Position numbers and translations under genes: made by a program. A stretch of DNA of 51,903 nucleotides from Hyphomicrobium sp. (GTDB lineage: Bacteria > Pseudomonadota > Alphaproteobacteria > Rhizobiales > Hyphomicrobiaceae), in contig JANNUW010000024.1 of NCBI GenBank assembly GCA_031414095.1, forward strand, positions 1-51,903. The letters run 5' to 3'. Shown here one piece after another: positions 37,678-46,080 of the stretch. Each line of letters begins with the position of its first letter. The stretch's first letter is position 1. The notes below the pieces were generated by a model. The model was not told the origin of the DNA, did no database searches, and saw nothing but the letters and a program-made list of their open reading frames with translations.

Positions 37678-39552
37678 TTGAAACGGATCAGTGTCCAAGC
37701 GTACGAAGATCGCTCTCAAGCCGACGGCGGGCATGCCATTTTTTTGCTTGAGGGGGTGATGTCGATTCCGAGCCGTTCGACATTCAAGTTGCGGTCGGCC
37801 GAACCCAACCAGATCGGCGCCGATGGAGCCGTTTGGCAAGACAGCGAGATCTTCGCTCTTGAATCGCGGGTCAGCGCCAAGGGGATCGAACTCGTCGTCG
37901 GTCCCGACGTGGCAGAAGATCCGGGCCTGCTGGCCGGCGCGGTCATGGAAATCGAGATCGCTGAAGCCGGATTGCGTGGCGAATTCCTGTGGCCACAGAT
38001 CACGCCACGGGCCCGGCCGAAACGCAAAAACATCGCAGCCAACCGGCCGCGGCGCGACGTGCGGCCGGGAGACGGCCATCCGCGCTCGGAAAGTTCCGGC
38101 ACTGCGGAGGGCGAACGGGTCGCCTCCGTCGCCGCGACTGAGCCGGTATCGGCTGACCGGCAAGCGGCCGTTCCGCCCGGTAGCGTGCCAGACTCCAATC
38201 GGCCTTTCGCTCCCACTGAGTCAGCGACACGTCCAGTTTCGGCCGTCCGGCCAGCGAGCGCCTTGATGGACGCTCACTTGAAGGCATTGAAAAACGCCAC
38301 ATCGGTGCCGGCGCTGCCGCTGACACTTGCTTTTAATGATGCAGGGAGATCGATCGTGCCTTTTGATCGCAAGACACCGGCGCAGTCGACGGCTGGATCG
38401 TCGAAACCTCCTCAGCCGACTGTCACCGCGGCACCCGCGGCGCCAGTTGCCGATTTGCCGGCGATCGACAGCGTGTCCGGCAAGGCCGCAGCGAGCGCGA
38501 CGGCGCAAGCACCCGAGCCCGAGTTGGCGCCGCCGCTCATCGATCCGCACGGCGCGCATGTCAATCTTTCGACGGCGTTGGTGTTCGAGTCCGATCCCAA
38601 CGATCCCAACGAGCCCAAAGCGGAGGAAAATCCCTGGGCTTGGAGAAAGGACGTCACAGCAATGCTGTCGACAAAATTTCTCGCCATGGGCAGCCCCGGC
38701 AAGCCGGGTGAAAAGGCGACATCAGCGAAGCCTTCGCAACCACCGCTTGGCGCATCTACACACCCGGTTATTATCGACAGAGCTGTGTCACGGCCGCCTG
38801 GTGTGGCCGCGTGGGTCCGCGACAACGCCGAAGCCGGATCGACATTCATCAAGCGGGCAAATACCAGCGCTTTACCGAGCGGATGGCCCACGTACGCAGC
38901 CGGGCTATGCGCGGCGCTGGCTTTAGGTGCGCTCGGCCTGCAACTGGCGGGAAAGCTGCCAGATTTTAAGGCGGCAACAGCCGTCGAACCCGCGCGCGCC
39001 GTCACGGCCGCAGCGGCACCTGGACCGTTTGCGAGCGTGCCTCCTGCCGGAACTTTCGCCGCGCCCTCGCCGGCTGACGTGGCCGGAAGCGTTGCCCAGC
39101 CGGGCACACTTTTTGACGCGCTGACAGTCGGCGAAACGTCGCCGCGGGGTACGGCCGTTGCCAATATCAGCGCGACCAAGGCGCTCGAAACGGCCAATAG
39201 CATGCTGCTTGCCGACGGCGCTGCGCGGGATTCTTCTGAAGGCGCGTTCTGGCTCAAGCGCTACATCAGGGGCGTCATTGGCGACGAGCGGAATATGCGC
39301 GTCGTCACGCAGTTGGGGTCGCTGTATGCCGAACCCACGGGTCAAGTTCCCGATTTCGAAAAGGCCCGGACGCTGTGGGAGATTGCGAGCGCTGCCGGTG
39401 ATCCGGTGGCGATGTGTTTCCTCGGCCAGCTTCATGAAAATGGTCTGGGCCTCGATCTCGACAAGAAAACCGCCTTGCATTGGTACGAACACGCCAAGCA
39501 AGCCGGCGGTTGCAGCTCGGTCGATGAAGCCATCACGCGTGTCAGGAATTGA
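37678..39552 (+). CDS. membrane protein: conserved ~110-aa N-domain, long Pro-rich linker, TM segment, periplasmic Sel1-like repeats
   Basis: TTG start is preceded by GGAGAG. The N-domain MKRISVQAYEDRSQADGGHAIFLL...LLAGAVMEIEIAEAGLRGEFLWP is paralogous from residue 1 to the N-terminus of the 48743 gene. The TM segment is WPTYAAGLCAALALGALGLQLAG. The Sel1-like C-terminus is GDPVAMCFLGQLHENGLGL, ALHWYEHAKQAGG. Confidence 0.75.
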   Translation: MKRISVQAYEDRSQADGGHAIFLLEGVMSIPSRSTFKLRSAEPNQIGADGAVWQDSEIFALESRVSAKGIELVVGPDVAEDPGLLAGAVMEIEIAEAGLRGEFLWPQITPRARPKRKNIAANRPRRDVRPGDGHPRSESSGTAEGERVASVAATEPVSADRQAAVPPGSVPDSNRPFAPTESATRPVSAVRPASALMDAHLKALKNATSVPALPLTLAFNDAGRSIVPFDRKTPAQSTAGSSKPPQPTVTAAPAAPVADLPAIDSVSGKAAASATAQAPEPELAPPLIDPHGAHVNLSTALVFESDPNDPNEPKAEENPWAWRKDVTAMLSTKFLAMGSPGKPGEKATSAKPSQPPLGASTHPVIIDRAVSRPPGVAAWVRDNAEAGSTFIKRANTSALPSGWPTYAAGLCAALALGALGLQLAGKLPDFKAATAVEPARAVTAAAAPGPFASVPPAGTFAAPSPADVAGSVAQPGTLFDALTVGETSPRGTAVANISATKALETANSMLLADGAARDSSEGAFWLKRYIRGVIGDERNMRVVTQLGSLYAEPTGQVPDFEKARTLWEIASAAGDPVAMCFLGQLHENGLGLDLDKKTALHWYEHAKQAGGCSSVDEAITRVRN

Positions 39553-41181
39553 GTGAGTATGCAGCATCGTCTCAGCGCGCTTGTGAACAGCTTACGGTCT
39601 CGGGCGGCAGCGGCCGTCCCGCGCGGCACCGCTATTTATCCGTTCGCCCTTGCGGCCGCACTTTCGCTCGTTGGCGGTGTCTGGATGCTGGGCGGCTTCC
39701 AGCGCGCGGATAGTCAAACAGCAACGGCCGCTGGTCCGGCCACCGTCACGTCCAGCGACCGGACCCATTCCGCTGGGAGCACGGCAGCCGCCCCGTCATT
39801 TTCCTTTGCCGACAACCGGCCCATCGCGGCGGCCGGGCCCGATGTCGACACACCGGTACAGATTGCTGCGGCTGCCACACAAACGGCACCGGCGTCGTTT
39901 GCCGATACGCGGCCGTTGCCGGCGGCCGAGCTGGATCGAGCGAAGGCGGCAGATCAGCTCAACGCCTCGGCTGCATCGTTTAGCGATGCACGGCCGCTCA
40001 ACGCCACGTCCTTCGAAGATGGCCGTCTGGTGGAATTGCCTCCGTTGTTTCAAGATAGGCGTCCGGTTGCCGCCCCCATATTCACCGATGAAAGACTTGC
40101 GGGCGAACCGGCCTTCAATGATGTTCGCCCCGTTGCTGCGCCCTCGTTCAACGACGACCGCGTGCTGGCGGTCGATTCCGGCCGTGAGGCAGTTCGCGAT
40201 GCAGTAGGCACCGTCGAGACGCCGGTGGCTTCGACCACCCCGCCCGCAGCGATTGTCACGGTGATGACAAAAGCTGAACCGGCAACGGCTCCCGCTTCTG
40301 CCGTCGATGCCCCGGCGGTGCCGGTAACGGCAGCATCGCCTCCAGCGGCAGCGCTCTCTGCGGCGGCAGCCGCCGATCCTGTAAAGACAGCGGGCCTGCC
40401 GACGCTGGTCGCGGTTTCACCCTCGTCAATCCGGCTCGATGCCACCGGCGCCTGCAGTGCAACTGAAATTTCAACGGAGCCGCTCGACGGCGGCCAGATG
40501 CGCATTCGCATCGCGGCTGGCTGTCACGCGGGTGAAGCCGTGCAGATCAGTTATGGCGGCGCCGAATTTATCCGCAAATTGAACGCCTGGGGCGCGCTCG
40601 ATTTTGTCCTCGATTGTTTTGCCGGAAGTGGCTCGGCAGCCGAAGTCAGATTGGCAGACGGCAGCCGCAAAACTCTGCCGGTCGTGGCCAACGATCTCGA
40701 CAAGGTTTCTAAAATCGCGGTGGTGTGGCGCGCGGCGACCAACCTCGATCTGCATGTCTTCGAGTATGGCTCGCGCGACGATGAGCCGGGTCACCTGTGG
40801 GCTAAAGCGCCATCGTCAATATCATCGGCCCTTATCCAAGCCCAGGCAGACAAGCGTGGACATGGCGTCCTGAGCGCAGTCGACGACGGCGAGACTCTCG
40901 GCGACAAGGTCGAGGTCTACACCTTCGTGCACAACGACGAGCAGGCGACGGGCGCGATCTCGATGGCGCTCGATTACGAATCGCGCGGCGAAAAACCCTC
41001 AGGCGCAAACTGCGGCTCCGGCGCGCTGGCGGAGGTCGATTTCCAGGTCAACATTCTTCCCCGTAATGGTCAGGTCTCACGCCAAGCCGGTATTTTGACC
41101 CGTGTCGATTGCGGTTCGACTATTCCGCGCGAAGCCCGCTTCAATCAATCGGCGTTGCCGGTTTTGCGAATTAAGAAATAG
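39553..41181 (+). CDS. membrane-anchored periplasmic protein: F-x-D-x-R-P degenerate repeats plus Cys-containing C-domain (hypothetical)
   Basis: It starts directly after the upstream stop (GTG 39553, or ATG 39559). The N-terminal anchor is PFALAAALSLVGGVWMLGG, followed by eight short repeats. The ~250-aa C-domain (LDGGQMRIRIAAGCHAG...NLDLHVFEY...VEVYTFV...ALDYESRG) is paralogous to the C-terminal half of the 48743 gene. Confidence 0.75.
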   Translation: MSMQHRLSALVNSLRSRAAAAVPRGTAIYPFALAAALSLVGGVWMLGGFQRADSQTATAAGPATVTSSDRTHSAGSTAAAPSFSFADNRPIAAAGPDVDTPVQIAAAATQTAPASFADTRPLPAAELDRAKAADQLNASAASFSDARPLNATSFEDGRLVELPPLFQDRRPVAAPIFTDERLAGEPAFNDVRPVAAPSFNDDRVLAVDSGREAVRDAVGTVETPVASTTPPAAIVTVMTKAEPATAPASAVDAPAVPVTAASPPAAALSAAAAADPVKTAGLPTLVAVSPSSIRLDATGACSATEISTEPLDGGQMRIRIAAGCHAGEAVQISYGGAEFIRKLNAWGALDFVLDCFAGSGSAAEVRLADGSRKTLPVVANDLDKVSKIAVVWRAATNLDLHVFEYGSRDDEPGHLWAKAPSSISSALIQAQADKRGHGVLSAVDDGETLGDKVEVYTFVHNDEQATGAISMALDYESRGEKPSGANCGSGALAEVDFQVNILPRNGQVSRQAGILTRVDCGSTIPREARFNQSALPVLRIKK

Positions 41182-41189
41182 GGGCCGCT

Positions 41190-42821
41190 GTGAAGAAATG
41201 GCACCTGTGGATCGCGGCCGCGCTTTCAATGGCGAGTTCGCCCATTGCAACGGCTTGGGCGGGCGCGGCGGTCGTGCTGCGCCTCAAAGACACCGGCTTT
41301 GAATTTTCAGGCGAGCTAAAATCCTTCGATGGTTCCAAGTATGTCGTCGCAGCTCCCGCGTTTGGCGTGCTGTCGCTCGACGCCGCGCGCTTCGATTGCG
41401 AGGGCGAAGCGTGCGGGCGAGCCGCGGGCGGGACCAAGTTTGAGACGTCGGCTACCGCATCGCCGGCACCGTCGGCGATATTCACCATAGAGGCCAACGC
41501 CGGCGGCCATCAGACGTTCGCCATCGACGGCTCGGCTACTATCGGCCACGAGTTGATGCCCCAGCTCATCCGCGATTACGCCAGCAGTTTGGGCGGCGCG
41601 GCCAAGCAGATCATCGGCGGCGCCAGCGGCAGCGTGCGCTTCAAAATCACCGACGCGCGCGGCAGTGAACTATCGGACGTCGAACTGAGGCGCCGGAGTT
41701 CGACGGACGCCTTCGGTGCGCTCATCGCGGGCCGCGCAGATATCGGCATGTCGAGCCGTCCGATCTCAGCGTCCGAAGCGGCCGCCATGCCAGCCATGGC
41801 CGGCGGCGTTCACGGCGCGGGCGGCGAAGTCGTTCTCGCGCTCGATGCCCTCGCCGTGCTGGTTGCTCCCGGCAATCCGGCGGCGTCGATCTCGATGGAG
41901 GCGCTCGCCAAAGTCGCATCGGGCAAATTTACGAACTGGTCGCAGCTTGGTCTGCCGGCGGGACCGATCAAGCTCTACGCCGGCAGTCGTTTGTCAGGCG
42001 CGGGCGAAGGTTTCGACGAACTGGTGCTGAAGCCTCGCGGACTGACACTGGCCGCGCGGGCAACGCAACTGCAAACGGACGCCGAGTTGTCGGATGCCGT
42101 CGCGCGCGATCGCCGGGCCATTGGAATCACCTCGCTCGCGTTCTTGCGCAACGCCAAGTCTCTCGCCATCGCCGATGACTGCGCAATGACCACCGCGCCA
42201 TCAATTTTTTCCGTTAAATCGGAAGAGTATCCGCTCGGCCGCCGACTCTATCTCTATTCAAAGGGATTGGCAGACAACTCCGTCGCGCGCGGGCTTCTGA
42301 CATTTGCAGGTTCGCAGACCGCCCAGGCCAGTGTGCAGACCAGTCAGTTTATCGACCAGTCGATCGAACTGTCCGATTTTGTCACTGAGCGCGCACGTTT
42401 CGACCGAGCGATTAAAGGCGCGCTACGCGAGACGGAGCGCGAGCAAGCGCGGGCTGTTACTGCTGCCCTGAAAGGCGCGCGGCGGCTGTCGGCAACGCTG
42501 CGCTTTGCATCGGGCTCATCCCAGCTCGATGCCAAAGCACGCGATGACGTGGCGCGTGTGCGCGAGCTGCTGGTCTCGCCAGCGCTCCGAGGCAAGACCG
42601 CGCTCTTCGTCGGGTACACCGATAGCATCGGCAGCGCCAAGGCTAACAGAGACTTGTCATACCGCCGCGCTGTTCAAATTCGCGATGCTGTGTTGGGCGA
42701 ACGCCCTGCCGGCAAAGCGCCCGTTGTGGTCGGCGGCGGGACGTTGGCACCCGTCGCGTGTGATGCAACGGATAATGGGCAGCGCCTCAACCGGCGGGTC
42801 GAGGTATGGCTGCGAGATTGA
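41190..42821 (+). CDS. periplasmic PstS-like substrate-binding domain fused to OmpA-like peptidoglycan-binding domain
   Basis: GTG start lies 8 nt after the upstream stop. Signal peptide is MKKWHLWIAAALSMASSPIATAWA. PBP (PstS-like) motifs are IDGSATIG, ALAVLVAPGNP, SGKFTNWSQLG, AIGITSLAF and EYPLGRRLYLY. The C-terminal OmpA motifs are FVGYTDSIGSAKANRDLSYRRA and NRRVEVWL. Confidence 0.8.
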   Translation: MKKWHLWIAAALSMASSPIATAWAGAAVVLRLKDTGFEFSGELKSFDGSKYVVAAPAFGVLSLDAARFDCEGEACGRAAGGTKFETSATASPAPSAIFTIEANAGGHQTFAIDGSATIGHELMPQLIRDYASSLGGAAKQIIGGASGSVRFKITDARGSELSDVELRRRSSTDAFGALIAGRADIGMSSRPISASEAAAMPAMAGGVHGAGGEVVLALDALAVLVAPGNPAASISMEALAKVASGKFTNWSQLGLPAGPIKLYAGSRLSGAGEGFDELVLKPRGLTLAARATQLQTDAELSDAVARDRRAIGITSLAFLRNAKSLAIADDCAMTTAPSIFSVKSEEYPLGRRLYLYSKGLADNSVARGLLTFAGSQTAQASVQTSQFIDQSIELSDFVTERARFDRAIKGALRETEREQARAVTAALKGARRLSATLRFASGSSQLDAKARDDVARVRELLVSPALRGKTALFVGYTDSIGSAKANRDLSYRRAVQIRDAVLGERPAGKAPVVVGGGTLAPVACDATDNGQRLNRRVEVWLRD

Positions 42822-43059
42822 ACTGTAAATGGCGGATCGCCGCTCCGCTATCGCGGCCGATCCACGTCTCGCGCGCCTTCCACTACCGGCCAACTTAGGG
42901 AATAACCATGTTGCGAGGTTGCTGCCATGGTCGCGTTCCGTGAGACGGTTTTTACTGCTAATGATACGCTGATCGGGCACTTCTGCCGCCGCGCATTTCC
43001 ACTGCCCCGTTCGCTGATTGTTGTGCCGGGTCTGCAAGTTCTGAAAGAGGCTCGGACGT

Positions 43060-46000
43060 ATGCCGTATAACGGGGACACCGCCGGCTTAGAGCCTCCCAG
43101 TGCCTACGGCCTAGACAGCACCGATGGCGAGACTCAGCCAGGCCGCGACGCCGTGACTTTGATACCCAACAGTTCGATTCAGTTTCTCAACAGGACCATT
43201 GAGGCCGATGCGGCCGCCGCGGTAGGCCGCCGCTTTTTTGAGGATACGAATGCCGCTGCCGACAGCGACGGCGCCGTTCTTTACACAGTGAAGCTCGAAG
43301 ACGACGGATCGTTTCATCATCCCGTCACCAACCTTGTCGCCGATGTTCGTCAAACCTACGCTATTGATGGCGTCGCAGCCCTCGATGCCTTCCTCGACAC
43401 TTGGCTGCCGGTTCCCTACATGCGTATGCTCGAGGGAGAGGAAGGCGAAACTTACCTCGACGAGGGCCCCTCGAACTGGGCGCGGATTCACATCAGCCGC
43501 AGCAATGCCAGCGACGAGGCGCCGATCAGCCATCGGATGGTGCTCGCCATCGACACGACGTGCTGTGCCAAGCAACGCGGACGCACGCGCACATTTGCGG
43601 CGCCCTCGCTCGAGGATGCCGAGCACGGCGGCGTCTTCCGGTTCAGCGACGACGAGGCCGAAATTGCGTGGTTCGTTACCGAGGCGTGGGTCGACGACTG
43701 GCTGCGCGAAACCTATGCCGCACAAAAGCTGCCGGCTGGCGGCGCGAGCGAAGTCGATCAAGCCGAGTTCGAGGGCTCCGAGCCTTCGGCCCTTGAATAT
43801 CTCGGCCACTACCTCACGCTTCTTGCGGTTTTGAAGCAGGCCGTCGGTCTGCCCGACATTCGCCTTCAAGCGCTCGGCCGCAGCTCCAACCTCGCCAGCA
43901 GTGTCGGCGTCGATCTCGTCGTCGATATCGGCAACAGCCGCACTTGTGTTCTACTGAGTGAAACAGGCAAGGCCGTCGCGGGTCACGATGATCTCAAATG
44001 TCAGCTGCTGGCGCTGCGCGATTTCGATCAGCCCTGGCGCGAGCACAGCGGCCTGTTCTCCAGCCGCATCGAATTTTCGCGAGCGTCCTTCGGCAAGGAA
44101 TCGTTGTCTCGCTGGAGCGGGCGCACCAATGCGTTTTATTGGCCGAGCCTCGTGAGAGTGGGTCCGGAAGCGCAACGGCTCGTTTCGCAAAGCCACACGA
44201 CGACGGATATCACCGGGCTGTCGGGGCCGATGCGTTATCTGTGGGACGATCAGCCAGGTGATCAGCCGTGGCGATTTGCGCGAACGCTCGACAATGCTCC
44301 GCGGCGGCGCGCTTTGGTGTCGGGGCCGCTGCTCGGATTCATTTCTGAAACCGGCGATGTGCTGCCCGAGGGCAGTCGCGCCGGTTCGACCACCAAGCCG
44401 CGCTTTTCGCGCTCGTCGCTGCTGACGTTCTTTGGCAACGAGATCATCATGCAGGCAATCGTCGCAATCAATTCGCCGGATTACCGGGCCAACAAGCAGC
44501 GTGCCGATGCACCGCGCCGCATTGAGCGGATTTTGGTTACCGTGCCGTCTGGTGTGCACCCGCGTGAACGTCACATCATGCTGCAACGGCTGCGTGCGGC
44601 GGCTCAGCTCACTTGGGATGGTCTGGGCTGGCAGGGCGTGCCGGGCGCCGCGCCGTTGCCTTTGGTCAGTCTCGTCGAAGACAACGCCACAAACGCGCAG
44701 ACCGCCTATTTGTACAACGAGATCGAACACAAGTTCCGCGGCAAGGCGTCGGAGTATTTCGATCTCATGGGCAAGGCCCGGCCCGGCCACCGTTCGGCCC
44801 GCGCCATACGTGTTGCGAGCCTCGATATCGGCGGCGGCACCACGGGATTATCGGTCAACAATTGGGAACTGCAGTCGAAGGGCATTGCGCGCGCTCCATT
44901 GGCCGTTGATGGCTTCTCGGTCGGCGGCGACGATATTCTGAAGCGCATCATCGAAGCCCATGTCATGCCCGCGATCGAACGCGGCTTGAGCGAGAGCAAG
45001 CTTGGCAAGCCAAAGCGCTTTCTCGACGACATCATTGGCGGCAAGGCGAACGGCCGCCCCTCATGGATCGCCGAATTCGGCAGACGCTTTGCGGCCGAGT
45101 TCGCGATGCCGGTTGCACTGGCACTGCTCAATGAAAGCCGTGAGGCCCGCGCCGCGGGCGATGACGTCCTAGTCCGGCGATCGTTCCGGCAACTGCTCGA
45201 AGCCGCCGAATTTATGCCAAAGGCTGTGATCGAGGAATTCGACGAACTTGCCGCCGACGAAGGCGCTGACGGGTTTGCAGTGCTCGATGCCGGCATAGAT
45301 GTGCGCCATCGCGATCTGAAACAGACGATTGGCGAAGTTCTCACTCCGCTTCTCAGTAACACCGTGCGCATCATAGAGGCGCTCGATTGCGATCTGGTGC
45401 TGCTGTCGGGTTGGACGACGTGCCTGCCGCCAGTTCTCGATGCCTTACTGGGCGGATTGGCGACCCAGCCAAACCGCATCGTAGCGCTGCACGGCATGCG
45501 CGTGCATCCGTGGTATCCGCACCTCGACGAAACGGGCGTAAAAATCAAGGATGCCAAATCGGTGGCCGCAGTCGGCGCGCTGCTCGCCAGTCCGAAGGCA
45601 TCGAACGGCGATAGCGGCTTTACGATTATCGCAGCGCCGGCCGGGCCCGAATGCCGCCGGCTGTTCGTCGGTAGGCTTGGTTCGGATGGACTGGTCAGAA
45701 ACGATCAGATGCTCTTCGTGTTCGATGAGGCCGCCGCCCCCCTGCAAGGCAAGGCCGGTAGCGATGCACAATGCACGATCAAGGCCGATCTGCCGGCGGT
45801 GCTCGGTGTGCGCCGCCTGGCACTCGAGCGATGGCCGGCGTCCCCGCTATTTGTCATTGATCTCAGTGATCTTAATGCCGCAGATCGCCCAAAAATGCCC
45901 GTCGAGGTCACGCTCGAGCGGGTTGCAGGCGAGACAGGGCAGCCTGATGAGTTACGTATTGTGAAGGTCCGGGATGGTCATGGCAGTAGCCTGCCGCCCT

Positions 46001-46080
46001 CGGACCTGGAGATTAGATTGCAGACACTGACCGCGCGAAATGGACACTGGTCCGACACCGGCGCGATTTTGACTGCATGA
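43060..46080 (+). CDS. srfB: SrfB-like protein with actin/HSP70 (ASKHA) ATPase motifs
   Basis: It is 1006 aa with no signal peptide or TM segment. The N-terminal VTLIPNSSIQFLN and the size recall the SrfB family. The ASKHA motifs are phosphate-1 DLVVDIGNSRT (aa 289-295), phosphate-2 LDIGGGTTG (aa 589-595), VGGDDILKRI, and adenosine motif DLVLLSGWTTCLPPV (aa 778-790). The family call is from memory, not a search. Confidence 0.65.
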   Translation: MPYNGDTAGLEPPSAYGLDSTDGETQPGRDAVTLIPNSSIQFLNRTIEADAAAAVGRRFFEDTNAAADSDGAVLYTVKLEDDGSFHHPVTNLVADVRQTYAIDGVAALDAFLDTWLPVPYMRMLEGEEGETYLDEGPSNWARIHISRSNASDEAPISHRMVLAIDTTCCAKQRGRTRTFAAPSLEDAEHGGVFRFSDDEAEIAWFVTEAWVDDWLRETYAAQKLPAGGASEVDQAEFEGSEPSALEYLGHYLTLLAVLKQAVGLPDIRLQALGRSSNLASSVGVDLVVDIGNSRTCVLLSETGKAVAGHDDLKCQLLALRDFDQPWREHSGLFSSRIEFSRASFGKESLSRWSGRTNAFYWPSLVRVGPEAQRLVSQSHTTTDITGLSGPMRYLWDDQPGDQPWRFARTLDNAPRRRALVSGPLLGFISETGDVLPEGSRAGSTTKPRFSRSSLLTFFGNEIIMQAIVAINSPDYRANKQRADAPRRIERILVTVPSGVHPRERHIMLQRLRAAAQLTWDGLGWQGVPGAAPLPLVSLVEDNATNAQTAYLYNEIEHKFRGKASEYFDLMGKARPGHRSARAIRVASLDIGGGTTGLSVNNWELQSKGIARAPLAVDGFSVGGDDILKRIIEAHVMPAIERGLSESKLGKPKRFLDDIIGGKANGRPSWIAEFGRRFAAEFAMPVALALLNESREARAAGDDVLVRRSFRQLLEAAEFMPKAVIEEFDELAADEGADGFAVLDAGIDVRHRDLKQTIGEVLTPLLSNTVRIIEALDCDLVLLSGWTTCLPPVLDALLGGLATQPNRIVALHGMRVHPWYPHLDETGVKIKDAKSVAAVGALLASPKASNGDSGFTIIAAPAGPECRRLFVGRLGSDGLVRNDQMLFVFDEAAAPLQGKAGSDAQCTIKADLPAVLGVRRLALERWPASPLFVIDLSDLNAADRPKMPVEVTLERVAGETGQPDELRIVKVRDGHGSSLPPSDLEIRLQTLTARNGHWSDTGAILTA

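Noticed and set aside
37372-39567. Minus-strand ORFs 37372-38163, 38412-39257 and 38923-39567, and several plus-strand out-of-frame ORFs in the same span.
   Set aside because: They lie opposite or out of frame with the 37678-39552 gene, whose N- and C-terminal domains are each confirmed by paralogues elsewhere in the window.
41190-42821. Interpretation of the PstS-like genes as a phosphate ABC uptake (pst) operon.
   Set aside because: There are no pstC/pstA/pstB-like permease or ATPase genes in the locus. The binding fold is fused to an OmpA domain, which is not how transport-dedicated binding proteins are built.
36487-43059. Search for a SrfA homologue upstream of the SrfB-like gene, as in the enteric srfABC order.
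   Set aside because: I cannot recognise SrfA from memory in any upstream product. Whether the N-domain/C-domain proteins relate to SrfA needs an HMM or BLAST comparison, so no such call is made.
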